From an uncultured Prolixibacteraceae bacterium (lineage in GTDB: Bacteria; Bacteroidota; Bacteroidia; Bacteroidales; FEN-979), in NCBI GenBank assembly GCA_964642545.1, contig CAZXQU010000006.1, positions 1,534 through 65,533 on the forward strand: DNA of 64,000 nucleotides, read 5' to 3'. The position numbers were made by a program, and so were the translations under genes. Shown here piece after piece: positions 56,985-64,000 of this stretch (positions are counted from its first letter, which is position 1; every line of letters starts with the position of its first letter). The notes under the pieces were generated by a model. The model ran no database searches, was not told where the DNA came from, and saw nothing but the letters and a program-made list of their open reading frames with translations.

Positions 56985-57671
56985 TTGACCTTCATCAACA
57001 TTCCCACCGAACAAACAACAGCAGTTACAGATGTTCTGCTAGCATTGGTCGCCGCCTCTGTTTGCTTACTCACACTGAAAGCCGGGGCCATAAACAACGC
57101 AAAAAAAGGCAAGATATGGGGCTGGGCTTTCGGATTGCTCGCTTTTGCAGCGCTAACAGGAGCTATAGCACACGGGTTCCAGATGTCAAAGGAACTCAAT
57201 TACATCCTGTGGCAACCGTTGAACCTGGCTCTCGGACTTACCGTCTCGTTGTTTGTTGTGGGTGTCATCTTAGATTTAACCACTGGTTCCCTGCCAAAGT
57301 ACCTCCTCCCGCTGATGATCAGTATCGGGACCTTGTTCTATCTGGTCACCCTATTTTTCCCTGGCTCCTTCCTGGTTTTCATTCTATACGAAGCCGTTGC
57401 AATGTTGTTTTCACTGGTGGTTTATATAGTTCTTTCAACCCGGCATCGCTTGCAAGGGGCATCCCTTATGGCAGCCGGGATCCTGATCACCATCATTGCG
57501 GCAGGCATCCAGGCTAGTGAGGCAGTTCACTTCCAGTGCATCTGGGAGTTCGACCACAATGGAATATTTCACCTCGTCCAGATTATCGGTTTACTGGTTT
57601 TATATGCAGGACTTAGGTTGGACCTCAGGGACGAAAGACGAGGGATGAAAGACGAAGGACGTAAAACGTAA
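56985..57671 (+). CDS. Hypothetical polytopic membrane protein
   Basis: About 7 hydrophobic helices. TTG start. The C-terminal tail DLRDERRGMKDEGRKT is encoded by a heptamer array. Confidence 0.6.
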   Translation: MTFINIPTEQTTAVTDVLLALVAASVCLLTLKAGAINNAKKGKIWGWAFGLLAFAALTGAIAHGFQMSKELNYILWQPLNLALGLTVSLFVVGVILDLTTGSLPKYLLPLMISIGTLFYLVTLFFPGSFLVFILYEAVAMLFSLVVYIVLSTRHRLQGASLMAAGILITIIAAGIQASEAVHFQCIWEFDHNGIFHLVQIIGLLVLYAGLRLDLRDERRGMKDEGRKT

Positions 57672-57727
57672 GAGGTGAGACGTGAGAGGTGAGACGTGGG
57701 AAGTGGAATGTGGGATGTGATATTTGG
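57630..57727 (+). repeat. 14-unit heptamer array (GACGAAA GACGAGG GATGAAA GACGAAG GACGTAA AACGTAA GAGGTGA GACGTGA GAGGTGA GACGTGG GAAGTGG AATGTGG GATGTGA TATTTGG)
   Basis: Read directly. It spans the last 14 codons (13 sense codons plus the TAA stop) of 56985..57671 and the convergent spacer beyond. Confidence 0.9.
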
Positions 57728-57738
57728 AAGTTCTTTCA

Positions 57739-58002
57739 TTATATCGTTTTTTCACTGTCTGCGTGACAGCGGCACTCCGCATAGCTCCGTTTCTTTGCTT
57801 TTTCCATTGCTTCCATACCCTCTTTCACTGAGAACCAAATCAGGCCTGCAGCGCCAATGGCATCTATGTAGGCAAAACCAAATAGAGCAAGAGTTTCATC
57901 CGAATAACCCAGCGTTATGGAGATAATTCCCTCCACAAGGTTATATAGAATGGTAAAAAGCGCAAGGTAAAAAGCAAATCGGAACAGTTTTTTAATGCGC
58001 AT
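57739..58002 (-). CDS. Hypothetical small membrane protein (87 aa), possibly a gene remnant
   Basis: Two hydrophobic segments, no recognisable family. It is bracketed by inverted copies of GTGAGACGTGAGA. Confidence 0.3.
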   Translation of the reverse strand: MRIKKLFRFAFYLALFTILYNLVEGIISITLGYSDETLALFGFAYIDAIGAAGLIWFSVKEGMEAMEKAKKRSYAECRCHADSEKTI

Positions 58003-58008
58003 AATTTT

Positions 58009-58064
58009 CAGTCAGCAATCAACAGTCAGCAGTCAAGATTCTCACGTCTCACGTTTCAGGTTTA
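58009..58064 (+). repeat. Heptamer array (CAGTCAG CAATCAA CAGTCAG CAGTCAA GATTCTC ACGTCTC ACGTTTC AGGTTTA)
   Basis: Read directly. The ACGTCTC units are the reverse complement of the GAGACGT units at 57672-57699. Confidence 0.85.
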
Positions 58065-58074
58065 CCACATTAGG

Positions 58075-58094
58075 CACAATAGTTCACAATAGTT
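58075..58094 (+). repeat. Direct 10-nt duplication (CACAATAGTT)x2
   Basis: Read directly. Confidence 0.8.
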
Positions 58095-58126
58095 CTACTG
58101 TGTCCTATGTGCCAGTTGTGGTAACT

Positions 58127-58158
58127 TTCCTAATTTCCTAATTTCCTAATTTCCTAAT
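58127..58158 (-). repeat. Octamer array; plus strand (TTCCTAAT)x4, sense strand (ATTAGGAA)x4
   Basis: It abuts the TAG stop (58159-58161) of the esterase gene. Confidence 0.95.
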
Positions 58159-59127
58159 CTACCTCTTCCCTCTCACGTCCCTCAGCGCTTTACAGCAATC
58201 TGCCAGCGCCTTTTCGGCTTTAGGCATCACCTTGCCAAAAATCACGAAGTCGTGGATCTGGCCTGGATAGATTTTCATACAAGCGTTTACACCAGCTTCC
58301 TGAAGCCGTTTCCCATATGCTTCCGCTTCATCCCGGAGGATGTCAAATTCGGCAATCACAATAAAGGACGGGGGTAGGTCCGACAGGTTGCTGGCAAGCA
58401 GAGGGGATACATAAGGATTTCCAATGTCTGCCAAATTCTCCAGGTAATAACTTGTATACCACTTCATCAACTCCTCAGGGACCCATATCCCAAATCCAAA
58501 TTGCTTGTATGAGAGGGTATTTGTGTCTTTCAGGTTGGTTGCGGGGCAAATCAGGAGCTGAAATTGTATTGAGGGACCTTTTCTGTCGCGGGCCATCATG
58601 GCGATAACAGTGGCCATATTCGCTCCTGCACTATCACCTCCCACAACTATCCTGTCAGGGTCCACGTTCATTGCATCAGACTGGTCAGCAAGCCATTCCA
58701 GCGTGGCATAACCCTCCTCAATAGCAACCGGAAACCGGGCTTCAGGGGAGAGTTGGTAATCAACAGATACGACTAGATAACCCGAGTCAGCACATAAAAT
58801 CGTACATACCGCGTCATAATCATCAAGCGTACCAACTACCCATCCCCCACCATGAAGGTAGAGAAGCACGGGGAAGGGACCCTCGCCTTCTGGAGTGTAA
58901 ACCCGTATGGGGATCTCTCCGAAAGGTCCATCAATCATCATATCCCGCATCGATGCAACAGGGACCGGTTTCAAAGAGAATGCTTTAACAATGTTCTTTT
59001 CCCGAGCCAATTGTGGTGTCAGTTCAGACAAAGGTGGAAGACCTGCAGCCGCAATTGCTGTAAGAAATTGTTCGGCCCTGGGGTCCAGTTCCCCACTCTG
59101 GTAAGAGGGGTAAAAAATATCAGTCAT
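58159..59127 (-). CDS. Alpha/beta hydrolase, hormone-sensitive-lipase-type esterase
   Basis: HGGGW oxyanion motif, GDSAGA nucleophile elbow, and C-terminal DxL...HDF. Confidence 0.85.
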   Translation of the reverse strand: MTDIFYPSYQSGELDPRAEQFLTAIAAAGLPPLSELTPQLAREKNIVKAFSLKPVPVASMRDMMIDGPFGEIPIRVYTPEGEGPFPVLLYLHGGGWVVGTLDDYDAVCTILCADSGYLVVSVDYQLSPEARFPVAIEEGYATLEWLADQSDAMNVDPDRIVVGGDSAGANMATVIAMMARDRKGPSIQFQLLICPATNLKDTNTLSYKQFGFGIWVPEELMKWYTSYYLENLADIGNPYVSPLLASNLSDLPPSFIVIAEFDILRDEAEAYGKRLQEAGVNACMKIYPGQIHDFVIFGKVMPKAEKALADCCKALRDVRGKR

Positions 59128-59141
59128 ACAATCCCTGTTTG

Positions 59142-59990
59142 TTAATTTCCATCAAGTAGTTCAAACCGCTCCTCTTCTACAGGGGTAAAACTATTGCGGT
59201 AGCGATTGTAATGGTAATATACCAGAGGCTGGAACCCCTTTGGGAGATGAAACGCAATGTATTGATTCAGGAAAAAATCGTAGAGGTAACTGGCATGTAC
59301 CCTTCCAAGGAAGAGAGCGATATGGTTTACATCCTCAATTTTCAAGGAGTCTACAGTATATGAATACTTAACATTCTGGCGGAAGGGATCCACAAGGAAT
59401 TCCCCTTCCAGGTTGTCAGAAGCCATATGGGACGAATAGAGAACTGTTTTTAAACCACCTGCCCTACCTAGCTTGCTTAATTCCAGCCACACTGAAAAAT
59501 CGACAGCATCCAGATCAAATTTTTTGTAAAAGAGGGTATCGAAAAAATATTCCTCATCTTCGTACGGGTAGAAATATTCATCCAGTTGGACCTGGGCCAT
59601 CAGAAGTTCATAAGATTGCGGCTGAGCAAGAAGGAAGGAATCCATCTCATGACCGATATAGACTGAGAAATGCAGACTCCGCAGTTCATCAAGAAACCCA
59701 TTCACATAGTTTTCCAGAAAAAGAGAGTCATTAATATACTGTACGAACCCACTGGAATAAAAGAGGGCTGAATCCTGTTGTGCCGGACTCAGTTTATTCA
59801 AATCCTCAACCAACTCACCTTTATGATTGTACTTGAACAACATTGCCGGAGGTGTTACATGAAGGTAAAATTCGGGAGGAGATTCACGAAACTCTTTAGC
59901 CAGCTTATACTCGGGAGTACAGGCAGTTATTCCAGCAATGAGAATGATCAGGAAATAGGAGAGAATTCGATGCATAGTCAAATAACTCAA
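59142..59990 (-). CDS. Hypothetical lipoprotein
   Basis: Lipobox IAGITACTPE. 282 aa. No family recognised. Confidence 0.55.
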   Translation of the reverse strand: MSYLTMHRILSYFLIILIAGITACTPEYKLAKEFRESPPEFYLHVTPPAMLFKYNHKGELVEDLNKLSPAQQDSALFYSSGFVQYINDSLFLENYVNGFLDELRSLHFSVYIGHEMDSFLLAQPQSYELLMAQVQLDEYFYPYEDEEYFFDTLFYKKFDLDAVDFSVWLELSKLGRAGGLKTVLYSSHMASDNLEGEFLVDPFRQNVKYSYTVDSLKIEDVNHIALFLGRVHASYLYDFFLNQYIAFHLPKGFQPLVYYHYNRYRNSFTPVEEERFELLDGN

Positions 59991-60022
59991 TTTTAGTAAT
60001 TTTATTATTACAGAGCGGTGTC

Positions 60023-61240
60023 CTAGTTTTTCTTTTCAGCAAGCATTTTCTCCCCAAACGATCTGCCAAACTCATGACACTCGCTAATGGTGTCTTTGTG
60101 TGGAGTAAACCGGATCATCAGCCCATCAGCCACAACATTCAACCGGAGCATCTTCAATGCAGAATCAATAATTTTTGCAGCTTCTCCACTCCAGCCAAAG
60201 GAGCCGAATGATGCAGCAACTTTGTGACGATCCCTGATAGGATTTATTAACGCAAACACCTGATATATAGGCAATAATACATTTTGATTAAACGTAGGAC
60301 ATCCCAGAATGATGCCGGAAGACTCAATGATCTTCTGTTCAACCTCCTCCATTTTTGTCTGTTCCAGATCGCAAAGATCAATATCAAAGGATCCCGCTAA
60401 CTGGATACCCGCCGCAATTTCTTCGGCAATCATCCGTGTATTCTGGTAGGCTGAAACATAACCGATAAACACTCTATTGGCGTATGGATAAACAAGGGCC
60501 TCTTTCGCATATTTCTCCGAAAGGTCGACGTACTTCTTCCAAAAGGTACGAAGAATAGGGCCATGTCCCGGACACACGATGTCAATTTCAAGTGGCCGGA
60601 TTTTTGCAATTGCCTGGACCATAAACCGGCTGTATGGTTTCATAATGACATCGAAATAATAACGGAAAGCATCATCAAAATCGCCGACAAGGTCGTCAAA
60701 CATCTCTTCCCTGGCAAAGTGACAACCAAATGAGTCGCAGGTAAAAAGAACCTTATCTTCTTCCAGGTAAGTGTACATTGAGTCGGGCCAATGCAAATTC
60801 GGAGCCCCTATGAAACGTAGGGTTTTATTTCCGAGATCAAGGGCGTCACCATCCTTGACAATCAGATGTGGGAAATCCATCCCAAGTTGATCCTTCAAAT
60901 AGCGAATCGCATTTCCACTGCCCACAACTTTCGCCGAAGGGGCTACTTCGAGAAGGAATTTAAGGGTCCCTGAATGATCTGGCTCCGTATGATTCATCAC
61001 AATAAACTCAATATCAGCAGGATCTGTCAGTTGCTTTACTTTCCCCAGGAAGGTGTCCCGGAATCGTTCTTTTGTGGTTTCAATGATGCATTTTTTCTCA
61101 GCCTGGATGAAATAGGAGTTGTATGTTGTTCCATACCTGGTCTCCATCACAACATCAAAGGTGATCAGATCAGGATCAAGGACACCTATCCACGAAACAT
61201 CGTTCGTGACTGCTAATACTTTATTACCATTCATTTCCAT
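60023..61240 (-). CDS. Flavodiiron protein (FprA-type: MBL-like diiron domain + flavodoxin domain)
   Basis: HTEPDHSG diiron motif, an MBL-like N-terminal half, and a flavodoxin-like C-terminal half (IILGCPTFNQN, FGSFGWSGEA). Confidence 0.85.
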   Translation of the reverse strand: MEMNGNKVLAVTNDVSWIGVLDPDLITFDVVMETRYGTTYNSYFIQAEKKCIIETTKERFRDTFLGKVKQLTDPADIEFIVMNHTEPDHSGTLKFLLEVAPSAKVVGSGNAIRYLKDQLGMDFPHLIVKDGDALDLGNKTLRFIGAPNLHWPDSMYTYLEEDKVLFTCDSFGCHFAREEMFDDLVGDFDDAFRYYFDVIMKPYSRFMVQAIAKIRPLEIDIVCPGHGPILRTFWKKYVDLSEKYAKEALVYPYANRVFIGYVSAYQNTRMIAEEIAAGIQLAGSFDIDLCDLEQTKMEEVEQKIIESSGIILGCPTFNQNVLLPIYQVFALINPIRDRHKVAASFGSFGWSGEAAKIIDSALKMLRLNVVADGLMIRFTPHKDTISECHEFGRSFGEKMLAEKKN

Positions 61241-61249
61241 CTACTGCAA

Positions 61250-61315
61250 CTATTTCACTATTTGGCTCCGCCGAGCTCCGCTTCGCTCCGGTTCACTATT
61301 TCGCTATTTCGCTAC
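61250..61315 (-). repeat. Octamer array after the parC stop; sense strand reads AGGTAGCG AAATAGCG AAATAGTG ... CCAAATAG TGAAATAG
   Basis: The plus strand reads CTATTTCA CTATTTGG ... CACTATTT CGCTATTT CGCTACCT. The same unit type occurs at 27456-27479. Confidence 0.8.
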
Positions 61316-64000
61316 CTATAACTCCAACTCCAGTTGCTCGTCGCTCTTCGCTTTTCGCTCTTCGCTGGTTTCGGGTTCGGGGTTCGGGTTTTGAGTTTCG
61401 GGGTTCGGGTTTTGGGTTTCGGGAGCTTTCGGTTTTCGTCCGCGCTTTTTTACGTCTTTCACTTCCTCTTCTACCCTCGTCTCTCTACCCTCGTCCTTCT
61501 TCGCTCTTCCTTCTTCCTTCATCCCTCTTCCCTCGTCCTTCATCCCTCTTCCTTCGTCCCTCGTCCCTCGTCCTTCGTCCCTCGTCTCTCCTCCCTCGTC
61601 CTTCGTCTCTTCCTGCTCACTGTCAACTATTATCGGTTCCAACCAATTCAGTTTCTTTACCGGATAACTTGTGAGCCGTTTCCCTTTTGCCTTGTAACCT
61701 TTAACACCAATGAATTCCTCAACATTGACCTCCTCTTGATCAGCTCCTTTGCTCTTCTGTTTCATGTCAAAAAGAATCTGCAACTGGGGTCGGAAGTCAA
61801 TCGAAAGAGAAAAAAACTGGTCGGCACTGTCAATAAATTCTAGTTTTTTCTCAGTTGGCTCAGGGATAAACCGCTTGATGAAGTACTGTTTTGTTTTGGG
61901 ATCCTGATAGATTATGGTATAAACTCTTTGGGGATCATATTTTTCGATCCGGAGCATATCCTCATCGAAGTGCGAAGAGAGATCAAACGAACTAAATCTA
62001 TAGTGCCCTAACCGACTGAAAATAATGATCCTGTCGGCTCCCGAGAACGCTCCCAACAATGTTCCCCTCTCTTCTGTATTCAGTCTCATCACGGTATCAT
62101 CATACCATATTTTGAGAGACCCCAACGTAGAGACCCCTTCCTGCCGGATCTCGATTTTTTTAATTGCGTATTTTGTGAGTGTATTCCCAATGGAATTGCG
62201 TCCTTTAATTGCAAGATCGGCGAAATTGAAATCGAAGGAATTCTTTTTGATTCTGGGTTTAGGCTTCAGGTCCACTTTCACCACTTCTGCCTCTCCATTT
62301 GGATTCGCTGAAAAATACAGCACTTTGGACCCTGAAGTGCCCTTGGTTACAGTATATTCTTTATCGCGGGTAACTCCGGGAACAGCAAACCGCTTTACCA
62401 TAATTTTACCATTCTTACCATCCCTGTATATCAGGTTATAGATCGTCCGGTTATCATTCTTCATAAAAACCTGAATATGGATCACATCATGGCCAATAAA
62501 CACCTTGTCGGCCACTTTGGTCACCATAAAGGTCCCATCACTTCTGAAAACAATGATATCATCGATATCTGAACAATCACAAACAAACTCGTCGCGACGA
62601 AGGGAGGTGCCTGCAAAACCCTGCTCCCGGTTGATATAGAGTTTCTCATTGGCCGCAGCGACTTTTACGGCTTCGATAGACTCAAAATTCCGAAGTTCGG
62701 TACGTCTGTCGCGCTCTTTCCCATATTTCTTCCGTATCTGGCGAAAATGATCTATGGCATATTCGGTCAGGTAGGCGAGGTGATTTTTCACCACTTCCAT
62801 CTCTTCCCGGATGCCGTTTATAACATCATCGGCTTTGTTGGAGTTGAATTTTGAAATCCGTTCAATCGGTATCTTACGGAGCCGTTTGATATCATCATCG
62901 CTCAAAGGCCGGATAAACTCATGTTCAAATGGTTTCATCCCCTTTCTGATGGCTTTATCTATCTCTTCGTCCGTTTTGCATTTCTTGATTCCTTCGTAAA
63001 CCTCATTCTCGATGAATATCTTTTCGATAGAGGCATAATGCAACTGTTCGTTCAGCTCGTTCAGCCGAATTTCCAGCTCCTTCTTCAGCAGGTGAACCGT
63101 ATGACCGGTCGATATCCGTAAAATTTCGGAGACTCCTACAAAGCGTGGTTTGCCATCCTCAATGATACAGCAATTCGCAGAGATAGGAATCTCGCATTGC
63201 GTAAAGGCATAGAGGGCATCCATGGTTGTATCGGGGGAGACACCGGGGGCAAGGTGAATAAGAATCTCAACATTTCTTGCCGTGTTGTCATCAATCTTCC
63301 GAATCTTGATCTTTCCTTTGTCGTTGGCTGTCAGGATGGACTCGATCACCGACTCCGTGGTGGTTCCATAAGGGATCTCACTGATTACCAGTGTCTTTTT
63401 ATCCAACAAGCTTACCTTTGCTCTCAACCGGATCTTGCCACCCCGCAGGCCTTCGTTGTATTTTGAAACATCAGCCAACCCGCCCGTAGGAAAATCCGGA
63501 AAAAGTTCAAATTCCTTTCCCTGCAATACCTTGATGGATGCCTCAATCAGCTCATTGAAGTTGTGCGGTAGGATCTTGGATGCCAGCCCAACAGCAATTC
63601 CTTCCACTCCCATTGCAAGCAACAGAGGGAACTTGACCGGAAGAGTAATTGGTTCTTTGTTTCTTCCGTCGTAGGAGGCTTTCCAGTTTGTTGTCTTCGG
63701 ATTGAATACTACATCCAGGGAAAATTTTGATGGCCTTGCTTCGATATAACGGGGAGCTGCAGCGCTGTCGCCGGTATGGATATTTCCCCAGTTTCCCTGG
63801 GTGTCGATTAACAGATCTTTTTGTCCAAGTTGCACGAGGGCATCCCCAATGGAGGCATCCCCATGTGGGTGATATTTCATCGTGTGTCCGATGATATTGG
63901 CAACTTTATTGTATCGCCCGTCATCTAGTTCCTTCATGGCATGAAGAAGCCTCCGCTGCACCGGCTTAAGTCCATCGAGAATTTCAGGCACCGCCCGTTC
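61316..64000 (-). CDS. parC: DNA topoisomerase IV subunit A (ParC-type), N-terminus outside window, with repeat-encoded C-terminal tail
   Basis: DGLKPVQRRLLHAM, HPHGDASIGDALV, a type IIA breakage-reunion domain and a beta-pinwheel CTD. The frame is open to the window edge. The ParC rather than GyrA call rests on HPHGDASI and the lack of a GyrA box. Confidence 0.8.
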   Translation of the reverse strand, partial: ERAVPEILDGLKPVQRRLLHAMKELDDGRYNKVANIIGHTMKYHPHGDASIGDALVQLGQKDLLIDTQGNWGNIHTGDSAAAPRYIEARPSKFSLDVVFNPKTTNWKASYDGRNKEPITLPVKFPLLLAMGVEGIAVGLASKILPHNFNELIEASIKVLQGKEFELFPDFPTGGLADVSKYNEGLRGGKIRLRAKVSLLDKKTLVISEIPYGTTTESVIESILTANDKGKIKIRKIDDNTARNVEILIHLAPGVSPDTTMDALYAFTQCEIPISANCCIIEDGKPRFVGVSEILRISTGHTVHLLKKELEIRLNELNEQLHYASIEKIFIENEVYEGIKKCKTDEEIDKAIRKGMKPFEHEFIRPLSDDDIKRLRKIPIERISKFNSNKADDVINGIREEMEVVKNHLAYLTEYAIDHFRQIRKKYGKERDRRTELRNFESIEAVKVAAANEKLYINREQGFAGTSLRRDEFVCDCSDIDDIIVFRSDGTFMVTKVADKVFIGHDVIHIQVFMKNDNRTIYNLIYRDGKNGKIMVKRFAVPGVTRDKEYTVTKGTSGSKVLYFSANPNGEAEVVKVDLKPKPRIKKNSFDFNFADLAIKGRNSIGNTLTKYAIKKIEIRQEGVSTLGSLKIWYDDTVMRLNTEERGTLLGAFSGADRIIIFSRLGHYRFSSFDLSSHFDEDMLRIEKYDPQRVYTIIYQDPKTKQYFIKRFIPEPTEKKLEFIDSADQFFSLSIDFRPQLQILFDMKQKSKGADQEEVNVEEFIGVKGYKAKGKRLTSYPVKKLNWLEPIIVDSEQEETKDEGGETRDEGRGTRDEGRGMKDEGRGMKEEGRAKKDEGRETRVEEEVKDVKKRGRKPKAPETQNPNPETQNPNPEPETSEERKAKSDEQLELEL
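61337..61612 (-). repeat. Intragenic heptamer arrays forming the parC 3' end: sense GACGAGG/GAAGAGG/GATGAAG units, then CCGAAAC/CCAAAAC/CCGAACC units, then CGAAGAG/CGAAAAG units
   Basis: Read directly. It encodes RDEGRGT-type 7-aa repeats, PETQNPN repeats and the EERKAKSDEQ tail. Confidence 0.9.

Noticed and set aside
56954-57517. 187-aa ORF overlapping the 56985..57671 membrane protein in another frame
   Set aside because: The competing frame gives about 7 clean hydrophobic helices, whereas this one is Arg/Cys/His-rich with no structure.
61334-61843. 169-aa plus-strand ORF antisense to the parC tail
   Set aside because: It exists only because the heptamer arrays are stop-poor on both strands, and its low-complexity translation (FGVRVLSFGVRVLGFG, PSSLVLHPSSFVPRPSSFVPR) simply mirrors the repeats.

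Overview
This 64 kb chromosomal segment looks like Bacteroidota. Several secreted proteins carry T9SS C-terminal sorting domains. There is a 287-aa RpoD-type sigma factor, a divergent TamB/TsaD pair, a TonB-dependent receptor with HmuY-like partners, and TAnnTTTG-type -7 boxes. A flavodiiron protein and an AmmeMemoRadiSam radical SAM system suggest an anaerobe. All protein calls come from motif recognition in the supplied translations; no searches were run. I call about 47 CDSs, in these groups. (1) A chemosensory operon: TPR tail, cheW, mcp, cheA-cheY hybrid, cheB, then a REC-histidine kinase. (2) typA, followed by a rifampin-phosphotransferase-like PEP-utilizing enzyme. (3) A LytTR two-component pair followed by T9SS cargo genes (CotH-LTD, DUF1566, BNR). 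(4) An MFS transporter, a beta carbonic anhydrase, a CapA-MBL fusion, a tyrosine phosphatase and a Memo-like protein. (5) A TonB receptor locus with HmuY-like proteins. (6) rpoD, an HtrA-like protease, an EEP nuclease/phosphatase and a four-helix-bundle protein. (7) AmmeMemoRadiSam genes around a fused MFS/spermidine synthase. (8) An AddB-like/AddA-like nuclease-helicase pair enclosing a MurU-like nucleotidyltransferase and an AmgK-like kinase fused to a RapZ C-terminal domain. (9) tamB, tsaD, an esterase, a flavodiiron protein and parC. I recognised no rRNA, tRNA, CRISPR array, transposase or integrase. The most unusual signal is not a gene. Many spacers at gene 3' ends are built almost entirely from tandem 7- or 8-nt units. 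These are mostly sense-oriented relative to the gene that ends there, they are absent from divergent promoter spacers, and they recur as families at unlinked loci. A related family of GAT-heptamer elements is inserted in frame inside five unrelated CDSs, including tsaD. I cannot match either class to an element family I know.
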